Positions 14,878 to 25,750 of a stretch of DNA of 64,000 nucleotides are shown piece after piece. The stretch spans positions 21,330,001 through 21,394,000 of the forward strand of contig CM097885.1 in assembly GCA_044892525.1 (NCBI GenBank), given 5' to 3'. Positions within the stretch are counted from its first letter, which is position 1; each line of letters starts with the position of its first letter. A model generated the notes under the pieces. The model was not told the origin of the DNA and searched no databases. It saw only the letters and a program-made list of their open reading frames with translations. The position numbers were made by a program, and so were the translations under genes. Origin of the DNA: Schmidtea polychroa. Lineage: Eukaryota.

Positions 14878-15245
14878 ATGATTTGCGGTAAATCTGAATT
14901 ATGTATATTTGATCCACCATCGTCTCCGGCGGTTATCGAATATGGAGCATTTGAAGATGTATTTCCAATTAATTCTATTACCGTCAGTCTCGTCAGAAAT
15001 TTAGGATATTTGGATAAAAATCTTAATTGTGGAAGTGTCTGGAAGAATCCAAATCATTCTATCCATTTTTTACATTTGCTCTCGCCCCAGATTTTGATTT
15101 AAATTAAAGTCAATTACGTCAAAGTGGAAATTTGAGATTAGACATCAAGTTTGGAAAAGCAATTACTGAACCACTCCATGTAATAATCTATTAGGTTTTG
15201 GAAAATGAAATCCAAATTACTGCAAATTGAACTGTATTAGTTTAA
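14878..15245 (+). pseudogene. Polinton major capsid protein (PY), internally deleted
   Basis: N-terminus KSELCIFDPP..AVIEYG..EDVFPINSI and C-terminus FFTFALAPDF...SGNLRLDIKFGKAITEPLHVIIY*VLENEIQI. Confidence 0.8.
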
Positions 15246-15323
15246 ATGAAGAAAAATAATAAAAGTTTTTTATGGAGTAAGATTTTTATTTTATAATATT
15301 ATTTATTTATTAGTTCTATTCAG

Positions 15324-15612
15324 GTGTATCGAATTGGTACTCAATTATTGGGAAACCAATTTCTTGGAATTTATTCACTGGATAAAATCCCTTATTTAGA
15401 TGTTAATCAAGCAATTATTGTCAATACTCATACATTTAATTTAGGAGGTGAACATTTGGTTGCTGTTTACATTCGATCCCTTTGGATATTATTACCCAAA
15501 TTTATTAATTAGTAAATTGCAAACTATTGGTAACCTATTGTATGTAATCGAACTCGGTATCAAAATCCATTTTCAATTACTTGTGGCCAACATTGACTTG
15601 CATGATTGTTAT
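15324..15612 (+). pseudogene. Adenain-like cysteine protease (Polinton PRO)
   Basis: FLGIYSLDKIP...IIVNT....GEHLVAV, FDPFG and YQNPFSITCGQH give the H-D-Q-C catalytic layout, across frameshifts. Confidence 0.85.
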
Positions 15613-15731
15613 CAATGTATAATTTTGTTTAATAAATGTTATTTTAAAAAATGTCGTGTTATTAATGAACGATTTGATAATTAAATTTATTTTCATTATT
15701 ATTTTATAAATTATATTATTATTTGCATTGA

Positions 15732-15773
<42 letters not shown>

Positions 15774-16290
15774 TTTGCATATATGCACATGGTGAGTGAT
15801 TAATATACATACCTACACGGTCATGATACACAGTAGTATGTATGTGGTACATATTCCTCGATTCTGATTGACTCGTGAATAAAGTTTGTAATAAACGTGA
15901 TATATATTTTATGTTTTTCATTTTTTCATCACTTTTTAAAGATACACAACTTTTCAAACGATATCAAGAAAAAGATACAAAGAAACCTGATTGGTAAATT
16001 TTATTTTTGATAATATGTTAATTTTAGCAGATATGAATATTCGTATATCAACACCTAATCCTAATCCTAAAATTGAAACCAACAACAAAAATGGCAAAAA
16101 TTCAGGAATTAAATTATTATGTTATGAAATAATTCAACGACTGTAACAATAAATGGATATGATGCAGCTACTCGAAACAAGCGGTTGAATGTTGACATCG
16201 ATGGTAATATTTATATTATATATTAATCAAATACTTATATAAACTCGGTAAAGATTTTATTAATAAAAATCGCCATTCGTATATCTTTTT

Positions 16291-16331
16291 CACTATATAT
16301 TTCGATAGCATCACTATCATCATCAGGTTAC
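16291..16331 (-). ncRNA. Minimal type-I hammerhead ribozyme motif
   Basis: Minus strand gtaac CTGATGA t GATAG tgatg CTATC GAAA tatata gtg: catalytic boxes around a perfect 5-bp stem II, with a palindromic stem III. Confidence 0.7.
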
Positions 16332-16376
16332 CTACATTCACGACGGATGAATATATATACTATATTGATAATATAT

Positions 16377-19300
16377 TGTTGGCGGGTAGCTACTCGGATG
16401 ACCTTCTTTAGTACCGCTTTTAGTCTAGAGGATGAATGCCCCCATCAATTACACACGTCTTTATCCCGTTCATCGCTGAGCAGGGCCCGTACATAACCTA
16501 TACTCCAACATAGCACCCGTGAATCGCTTCACGTTGGAACTGTGCTATGTCGGCGAGACGCCAGTAAGCAGGTGAGCCATCTCCTTCGGACTACTCCTTA
16601 CTGAGGCCTCGACTTCCTAACCCTGACTGCCGATAGAAGGACTTACGTCTTTTATCCCGTCACCTATCGCCATGTTTCTAACTGGGATTGCCAATTGACT
16701 AATGCTCCTAATTTTTTGCGACTCTCAATGCTATTTACCAATTTCGAATCAACTGTCTTAAAATAAACACAAAAAAAACGTATGCAGACAAAAATGGTTT
16801 ATTGTGAGAATTTTTATCCACATATATTACAAACTTATACCACCCAATTTACAAGAACAAGGAAACACAAAGATAGAAAATGTTATCAGTAGATGTTCAA
16901 GTCCCTCTAGAGGATGAAGCCATTTTACGGGGAAGTTCTCATTTTTCCCACTCCGAGTCGGCGAGTAACTCGTTTAAATCGAAGAATTCGGCGGCATTTT
17001 CTTCCCATGACACCCCGGTAGCGGAGATGACTCGCCCTGAGATTCCGGTTGTTAGATCGACGACTGCTGAATTACTGCTGCCCTCGACTGGGGTGGCGAT
17101 TGATGGTAAAATCTGTTTGACGGAAGCCCGCTCGCGTTGCTTTCGTTTTCGTTCGGCGCGTGACAATTGCCGACGTTTAGGTTTTGAAGCGGTCGGTATT
17201 TGCACTCTTGAGGAAGATGCGGTGCTTGACGGTACCTTACTAGTTCCGGTGAATACGACGTCTTGACTTCTGGGAGAGAGCTCGGTCTCCACGCACCCAT
17301 GGCAGGACTTTCCGACTGGAGATGAAGACCCGCCAGAGATATCATGATGTGCTGGGAAAAGATTACTGGCTTCATTAATTGGGATCTTCGCGATCTTCCT
17401 TGTAGTTGCTGCCTGGACGTATAATTTGTGTAGCGCCTCCGACTGCTCTTTTATTAGGCTCCTCTGCGCCCGACTCTCCGAAATTAACGCGTCTCGACAG
17501 TGCTCGCTTCGGTGCAGCTTCTTCTGAGCCTCTTTCATCTGGGTGGGACTAAACCATGTCCCCTCTAACTCATCTATTTTTCTTTTATACTTCCCGATTT
17601 GGGCCTGGAGATCTTTGATGATCGAATTCTTGTCGGAGCAAGAAAAACAAGGTCTGAGGATGGTTGTGGAATTGGGCAACATTTTGAGTGACTGTGAAGA
17701 AAAATGAAAAATGAAAATAGATTAAATCAACGAGAGTGTCGCCATCTGACCACACTCATACTCTACTGATCATAGACAAAATTATGGGTTTACCGGTCAA
17801 CAAGATTCTACTGCACGATGGATCCTCATACCTTTTGGGTCTTTAATTATAAGAAGATAAATCGATCAAGCCAGATTTCGCACAAGGAAAGAGAGACATT
17901 ACCACTAGTGAGAGAAATTCTCGGTCGATGAAAATTATTATTTATTTAATCCGCTTGAAGTCACTAATTCACGTTTGCAGAGAATCGAGTGAAATTGTTG
18001 ATTTTTCCCCCCAAATGAGTGATTTCGATGCGTGTATCATGTACCGGGGTCGATTAAGTACTTACGGTAAAGGGAGGTCCATAATTTCCTTTAAATAGTT
18101 CGTTTATGATGAACGGAAAGTTATTTAATTTTTCGATTATTTATTTGTGATAACGGAAAATTGTATCGATGTGAGAAAGTAGCAGAGCAAATCCTACTAA
18201 GTAGATAAGCAAAATATCAGCCTGATGGTTGACTATCCATCCCGAGCGATGAAATCTAATGCCGGTCAGTGGTTTAATTAGATAACGGAAAACTCCATCT
18301 GACACGTTCGGCCTGATTTTCTATGAGTAAAGGTTAGTGTAGCTTTACACACTGCGATTGGCTGCTATAGTGTGTTTGAACATGTGTGACGCATGCGAGT
18401 TGCGATTTCACACACTTATCTCTACTCGTAACTACTAATGGAGGTTCTTCAATGTTTGCATGCTGGCATATTCTCTGGTTACTATCTACTGCATAATTGC
18501 TCACAATTCCCCTGCACATGCTGATGGCCTAATAATTCTCACGGAAACATTGGAAGAAATTACGATTCTCTATGTCGTAAATGTTGGATATAATTTGCTC
18601 CAAGGGTGGATTTCTTTTTAACCTCTCAAATGCGATTTATCGATCTGTTCCTGAAATTCTGGCGATTTTCTACCTATCCCCGCTGGATTTCCAACTTCAT
18701 GAAATACGGGAATTTTACATTTAAGTAACAAGACTCATCAGGCTAACTTAAAAAAAAAATATATTTTCTTGGCTCGACTTAGTTGCATTTTTCATTTCAA
18801 ATTATTTGATGCCAATCATTTATGTAATTATGAAAATTAGTTGAAGTAAATATTTTTATATAATTCTATAAAATTAATTGAAGTAAATTATTTTATGTAA
18901 TTCAAAATTTTATTTGGAACAAACTCGTTTTATGAAATTCTAATAATTATCTGAAATAAATCATTTTACGTGGTCCTACAATCTATTCGTAAACAGTCAT
19001 TTTGAATAATCCTAATAATTATCTGAAGCAATCTACTTTGAGCTTCCTTGCAACTATGTCTTTAAGAGAACTTTTAGATGAAAGAAATAACAGTTCAAAA
19101 GGTCATAGGCCGAAAATTTGTAGGAATAGGTTCCGAGCGCAAAGCATGAACATCGAAGATATATCATATACAGCCCCACTAATGTCTGAACGATTGTTTG
19201 ACACACAACTTACATCGATGATAGAGGAAATTTGGCTTAGTAGAAACGATATCTGGAGACGATGGTGTGACGCCCTCAATCACTGCGCGAATACCTAAGA

Positions 19301-20360
19301 ATCCTCCGATTCATTTATTACATATCTTTGTTTTCAATCACTATATGACTATCAATTTTCTGCCACAATTTGCCTATAGATTTTGGTCGCACCTTCAGCG
19401 ATTGGACCCGTGAAGAAGCCCTCACATTTCGGCCCAATCTAGCTGCGTGATTGAAATACCCTATGTCCACCGGTGGAGCTCCCGAAGGCACCTCACACCA
19501 TGACATAGAGTATCTCAACGCCACGTTCCTCAAAAATTTAATTAACATAATAATAACTCATAAAAATAATTCATCAAAGAAAAATCAATAATTCCTAGAA
19601 AGTAAATCATTTATTATTAAATAATCAGATCATTAAATTAAATAACATGCTTGAAATCAAACGAAAAGAAAAGGTAAGATCTTTAAATTTAAATTATAAT
19701 TAGATTATACCATTACTTATAAATTCAAAATAAGAAATCCAAAAATCCTTACCGAGTGTTTCAAATAGGCTGAGTCGAAAAGTACTAAGTAGAATTAATT
19801 AATACTAGAATCAAATATAGATTTAGATGAAGTTTCTTGAGTCTTGGGATAGTCCTTGTGATGATCCTGTAAGTCAGTGTCTGTTGCTCTGAATCGCTAG
19901 TTCTATTGCAATTGTTGGATTAACGGTAACGGTAGTTAAAATACACTTACCTATTGCAATTGTTGGATTAACGGTAATTATTATGATTTTAATGTCTGCT
20001 TATATATTAGTTTTCTATTTACGCGGACCAATCAGAATTGAATACCGCCTTATTTTATTAATTTAATTTATTTTCCTTGTTTTTGGGTTATTTCTTCCTA
20101 TTTTCTTTATTAAAATTATGTTTTTATTTATTTTCCTTAATTTCCTTATTATCTAATATATTTTACGTTATTTTTCGTCATTCTATTGTCCTATTTTAAT
20201 TTTTCTTATTTTTATATTTTTTGTTTTAATTCCTATTTTCTAATTATTGTTTTTCTTATGTTCTATTCTATTTTGTTCGTAAATTTGTTTATTTTATTTC
20301 TTTATTTTACTTTAGTACATTTGACCTAATCTCCCAGCTACCCTTCGGCTCAGCCCAACA
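16377..20360 (-). mobile_element. ~4.0 kb TG..CA element with 4-bp TSD (giant solo-LTR-like) containing a transcription unit
   Basis: Termini tgttggcgggtagct and agctaccc...cccaaca; TSD atat/atat. CCAAT ~20028 and TATATAA ~20005 on the minus strand; AATAAA ~16800. Confidence 0.75.
16939..17682 (-). CDS. Unknown 247-aa CxxC/coiled-coil protein, probably a terminal exon
   Basis: Open ORF, clearly homologous to 56380-57156 (RPCFSC.DKN, TWFSP.QMKE, EHCRD.L..ESR.QR, SEALHK.Y). A splice acceptor ttttcttcacag lies just upstream. Confidence 0.75.
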   Translation of the reverse strand: MLPNSTTILRPCFSCSDKNSIIKDLQAQIGKYKRKIDELEGTWFSPTQMKEAQKKLHRSEHCRDALISESRAQRSLIKEQSEALHKLYVQAATTRKIAKIPINEASNLFPAHHDISGGSSSPVGKSCHGCVETELSPRSQDVVFTGTSKVPSSTASSSRVQIPTASKPKRRQLSRAERKRKQRERASVKQILPSIATPVEGSSNSAVVDLTTGISGRVISATGVSWEENAAEFFDLNELLADSEWEK

Positions 20361-20882
20361 ATATAAACATATTATAAATTATATAAATTTTAAATTATCA
20401 ATTATATTCAAATTTTAACATTCAACACACAAGTATTCACTGCATTCTACACATTGATTTTAGGATCAAAAGTTCTTATCAATAATGCTTCACATATCAC
20501 ACGCTCAAAACAATTATCAAAATTTTTTGATAAGATTTTAAAATCAGACATTCCTAATTCTCTCATACAGACTTAATTGTGATCCTTAATATTGGACACT
20601 CCCTTCGGTCGACAGTGTTCTTGAACTTGAATATTTTTAATAATTTTAAAAATTTAAATATAATTGATTATTGAAAATTATTTTTAAAAAAGAATGAATG
20701 TTAAAAATTTTTATTTATGATTTAAAATTTATTTAAAATATATTTTATAATTTGTTTATATATTATCAATATCGTATATCTACATATATAGTATATCAAT
20801 ATAGTATATCTATAGTATATCTATATCTAATCAATTATATTTAAATTTTATATATATATATATATATCCTTCGAGAATGTAG

Positions 20883-20923
20883 GTAACCTGATGATGATAG
20901 TGATGCTATCGAAATATATAATG
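20883..20923 (+). ncRNA. Minimal type-I hammerhead ribozyme motif (second copy)
   Basis: CTGATGA (20888-20894) t GATAG tgatg CTATC GAAA (20911-20914) tatata; stem I pairing is weak. Confidence 0.65.
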
Positions 20924-21584
20924 AAGACGATGTATGAATGGCGATATTTATTAATCATTAATTTAATTAAATTTAAAAACAGATGAAATTTATGAAAATA
21001 TCCAAAATGAATTTGGAGAACCCAAAAATTTCGGAGAAAATATTTTTAATGACAGAGGTCGAAAAATAATGAAATTAGTTATGATGAAAGATACAATGGA
21101 TAACAAAAATGTATAATTTGATTGATTTTTAAAATATTTATTAATTTTTTTTCATAATTTGTTTTTAAATTTAATATAGCATTCTTATTTAAGATATATA
21201 TTTTAGAACTATTTTATGATTAAATTTATGAAACTAGAAATAGTAAAATATTATATCTAAAAACAGATTTTATATTGAGAATAAGTTATATCGAAAATAG
21301 ATTTTAATATTAAATAGAGAATATAATATATTGAATTTTAGGAGAACATGAATAAATATGTATGATAATAATAATAATTTAAATTTTAGCTTAGTTTTTA
21401 TTTTAGTTTTTATCCTACTGTAATAATACTTTTCATAACAACTGTCATGGTCTTATGGAAAAGTATTATTCGCATAAATATAATGGTATCATATACCAGA
21501 TATGTCCTACATGCAAAACATTAGACAAACACTTATAAGAATTTTTACTAAAAACATTGCAATCTTTTAGGCCAATTTATAGGT

Positions 21585-22180
21585 TTGAAAAACACATATC
21601 CAACTTTTTTACAAAATAATGAGGACTGTGTTCCCAATCAATTAAAAAGAGAAAACATAAATATTAAACATAAGGCTCTTTCAAAAATAAGTAAAATAGA
21701 AATAATAAACATCAGTGACGACGAGGACAATATTAATAATAACGAGGAAATTATTGTTTCTTGTAATGATGAAATAGCTCCAATTATTTTAAATGTATAC
21801 TCTATCAATCAAATAGGTTCGGGTCTCTTGACTATTGATTCTGACTTAATTAAATCACATAGCATCGTTAAGATGGATGTGTTGCGATTCAATATGACAA
21901 CTCTTTCTGTTCCTTCACTCTTATATAATAAATTTACTTTATTTATATCAAAAATAAAATCGGTTAAAATTCAATTTTGTATACGGATAGAAATGGAGAA
22001 AGATAACGAATATCAATCATTTGTTATTTCCAATTCTGCACGAATTTGGAATGATACTTTCATTGATGAAGGTTACTCTTCTTAATGAAAAAATAATCAA
22101 TATGAATGAGAATGGGTCTAATTGGAAAATAAATAAAATAGAATACATATGTTTCGTTATAACTAAATATTCTGAAATTT
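21585..22180 (+). pseudogene. Polinton pPolB N-terminal region
   Basis: KSVKIQFCIRIEMEK...ISNSA / NEKIINMNENGSNWKINKIEYICFVITKY resembles the GSGW...I..l.i..Y region that precedes Polinton polB; cut off by the repeat block. Confidence 0.6.
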
Positions 22181-22726
22181 CTCAACAAAAAAAGTTGAGT
22201 CTTGATTCACCTAAGAGGATTCTTTAATAAAATCCTCGAAAAGTTTCTTGGTTCTCCCAGGAATTAAGAAAAGGTAAAATCAATCGATAATTCTCAAAAA
22301 TTCGGCTGTCCAAATGTATTATGAATTATTACGGATTTTGATTGATGAGTTATCGTGCATATATACCCCCTACTGAGTGCTAATGAGTTATTGCGCATTT
22401 GATCGATGAGTTATCCCGCATATATATTGAAGTGAAAAATGTGAAAATGTGCAAAATTTCTTCAGAGGTGTTTTTTTTTAGATATAAAGATTTCACCCAT
22501 GGTTCACGAAAAAGATTTCTTTTCGATAAAAAATTTCGCATTTTTAAGGAATAAGTTTTGGAACATTAGAAACCAAATATATTTAGTCCAGACATCCTCG
22601 ACAAAAAGTTGCGTCTTGATTTAACTAAGACGATTCCGAAATAAAAAAATAAAAGTTTCTTAGTTCTCCCAGGAATTAAGAAAAACTAAAAGCAATTGAT
22701 AATTCTCAAAAATTCGGCTATGTCCA
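22180..22726 (+). repeat. Polinton-associated composite repeat block
   Basis: Two ~135-bp units (aaaagttgcgtcttgat...ttctcccaggaattaag...aaaattcggct) flank short gatgagttat(c/t)gcgcat motifs. The same units occur at 53612-54340 and, inverted, at 56275-56418. Confidence 0.85.
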
Positions 22727-23067
22727 ACAGACGAAATATTTTCAACGCTTCTATTTATGACAGTGCATCGTAAAATTTACATATTTTGATGGGACTTTCA
22801 GCTTCCTCTACTAGTTTTGAATGGAGATTTCAAATCTTTGTTCAAATATATACTGTTATTGAGGCAACTGAATATTTGTTTAAATAAATTCATTTGAATA
22901 ATATATAGAGCCAATATGAATATAGATATTAATACCAATGTTTTAGTTTTATATGTAATTCATATCAGAGATCACAAATCTTTGTTTTAAAAATTTTAAA
23001 AATATTAACTATTTTAACATGTTTTTCGATTCATTATATAAACAATATCTGCAGTACATCATTTTAA

Positions 23068-23696
23068 ATGGAATTACAAAATGAAGCTGTTTATCAAATT
23101 GTCGGTCCTAGTGGTAGCGGTAAAACGCTTTTTGTATGTAAATTGCTTCAATCTAATTTGTTTTTTGAAAATTTCAACAAAATATATTGGCATCGCGGTT
23201 CAGAAACTGAAAATGGTTTAACGCATTCAGAATTCTGTAAAGTTCAAATGAAAATTATAAAGGGGTTTGATTAAGATTGGACAAAACGTTTACATTGATG
23301 ATTTGTATCAAGAAGCCAAAAAGAAAAGGAATTTAATAATTTGTTTACTAAGATTTCTAGACATGTTGGAGTTACAATTATTTTTATAACCCAAAATCTT
23401 TCCATCAAGGAGGAAATCATAGAACTCGTAATTTAAATGTACATTCTCTAACAACTTTTAAAAACCCTTGAGATGCAACAGTTATTGATTTTCTAGCAAG
23501 ACAAGCATACCCAAACAATAGGAAGTTTCTAATAGAAGTATTTCAAGATGCAAATAAAATTCCTCGTGGATATTTATTTCTAGACTTCACCCAAAAATGT
23601 TCGGATGAATTAGATATATTTAACAAATTTAATTCGAAATCTAAATTCGAACAGATATATTTAACAAAAACTGTGCAACAGTATATAAACAAAGTT
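23068..23696 (+). pseudogene. Polinton A32/FtsK-like packaging ATPase (copy 1, disrupted)
   Basis: Walker A GPSGSGKT. Near-identical to 55291-55914 but with stops and deletions. Confidence 0.9.
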
Positions 23697-23717
23697 GATC
23701 AATTGAAAAAATTAATA

Positions 23718-24225
23718 ATGTATTTTCAAAAAGTAATTGTCAAACCTTCAAAGAAATTGAAGAATTTGATTGCAAAGCGTAAGAAGAGGAAAATTACAAA
23801 TAAAATTCCATCGAAAACTAGTTACATGGAACCAAAAGAGTTTCAATTATCAAAACAAAAACCTAAAGATTTTATAGCATCTAGACAAATCAAAATTTCA
23901 AGGAGCTTACCATATTTTAATTCTTTGCTGAAGGCTCCTAAACAATCAAAAATGACAATTTTACAAGCATTCCCTACATTTGTGATAGATGATTTACTTG
24001 ACATTATAATGAAAGTTGTACATTTTAAGGTAAATATTAGCAGTGCAAGAAAACATATTTTGGAAAAAACACAAGAAATCGCTTCTATCAGTTGTAAATA
24101 GTAAAAACAAAAAACAAATGAGAAAGATTATGTATAAAGAACAAGGAGGATTTATAACTGCATTAATTTCTCTTGTATTATCTTTATTAGGTGGAGCAGG
24201 TTTATTAGAAAGTCGAAGTTCATAA
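23718..24225 (+). pseudogene. Polinton basic protein ending in a QxGGF-hydrophobic motif (frameshifted)
   Basis: Lys-rich ORF plus a second frame KHKKSLL...EQGGFITALISLVLSLLGG; paralog at 54752-55271. Confidence 0.65.
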
Positions 24226-24286
24226 ACAATGTGTGGTACTCTTTCATTACCGAATTTCAAACTTGATTTTAATTCAAATTGTTGCA

Positions 24287-24580
24287 ATGGAGAAATTTTG
24301 AACAAATCCAAGAGACCCAGCATCTTTCGGCGGAATCGACAGACTAAAGAAAGCAAACAAAAAATCAAAGAAAGAGACAAGAAATTGGTTATCGAGCCAT
24401 CTTGCACTCAGTTTTAACAAACCGATGTTAAAAAGATTTCCAACAAAAGCATATAAAACATTTGGTATTGATGATTTATGGCAAGCGGATTTGTTGGAAA
24501 TGATTCCATATTCCAATATCAAAAAAGATTACAAATATATTTTAACATGTATTGACATTTAGCCGATTTGCGAGAGCTAT
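24287..24580 (+). pseudogene. Polinton retroviral-like integrase, N-terminal part (copy 1)
   Basis: NPRDPASFGGIDRL...GIDDLWQADLLEM...YKYILTCIDI; frameshifted and truncated. Confidence 0.9.
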
Positions 24581-24900
24581 AATATTTTTTTCATTGCGTA
24601 CTTCACTCATGTAAACTCGAATAATACTTATAATTTAGGCTTGAAGATTAATAATTCTTGATATTGTTTTTGTTGATTTAAGGTCGATATCGTTTTGAAT
24701 AATAACTTTCCTTATGAAATTTGATATTTTATTTCTTGTCTGTCATTAACAATATTAAATTGAACTTCATGTGACTAAAATTATAATTTCTTATTTTCAT
24801 TTTTTCATCGAATTAATCGGCGATTAATTTTTGTCCTGCATCGACATTTACAAAAATATTTATTGTTAAGAATGAAAAAGTAAAAGCAGAGAAATATAAT

Positions 24901-25714
24901 TTATTTTTTTACAATTTCATCGATATTTATTCCATTGATCGAGTCGAGTTTGAAATTATTTGCAAAGACTGGCTGGAAAATACTTTTTGGGATAAAAACA
25001 GTTCTATTTGAATCCGGTAGAAATATGCTGATCCACCTTTGATTTGAATGCCTGGTGATCGGTTTATCATGATCCGATTGGACGAATGTGGGGGGTTCCA
25101 ATTCCTCGTCCGAGTCCAGATTATCATCTAGAAATTCAAGGACTTTTCTTTTCAAAGGCAATCGACTAATTTAATAATAATAATAATAATAAAAAAATAA
25201 TAAAAATAATTAAAATAAAAATTACTAATTATAATATTAATAAATAAATAAAATTAAAAATAATAAAAATAAATAATTAAAAATAAATATATAATAATAA
25301 TAAAATTAAAATAAAAATTTATATATAATTAAAAATAAATATTACTGGTTATAATAAATAATGTTAATAAATAATATTAAAAATTATAAAAATAAATAAT
25401 TTAAATAATAATTATGAAAATAATTAAAATTATCATTAGTAATAATAATAATTTTAAGAAAACTCAATATTAAATATTATTAAATAATAAAAAAATATTA
25501 ATAAAAATATAATTAAAAAATGACTATTACTAATTATGATAAATAATATTAATTATAATAATAAAATTAAAATTAATAAAAATAAATATATAATTATAAA
25601 ATAAATATTACTACTTATAATAAATAATGTTAATAAATAATATTGTTATTAATAATAAAAATAAATATATAATTAAAAAATAAATATTACTACTTATAAT
25701 AAATAATGTTAATA

Positions 25715-25750
<36 letters not shown>

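Larger units (their letters stand above)
16256..20955 (-). mobile_element. 5'-truncated Penelope-like element with inverted terminal repeats, one arm split by a 4-kb insertion
   Basis: GIY-YIG C-terminus on the minus strand at ~20420-20635 (QEHC...SNIKDH...DFKIL...ERVICEALLIRTFDPKIN). 16256-16376 joined to 20361-20420 forms an inverted copy of ~20645-20955. Confidence 0.75.

Noticed and set aside
16880..17375. Overlapping ORFs 16880-17266 (+) and 17052-17375 (-)
   Set aside because: Shadow frames of the 247-aa ORF; no conservation seen in the second copy.
22180..22726. Possible CRISPR-like repeat array (also 53612-54340)
   Set aside because: The repeats are irregular, there are no unique equal-length spacers or cas genes, and the context is a eukaryotic Polinton.
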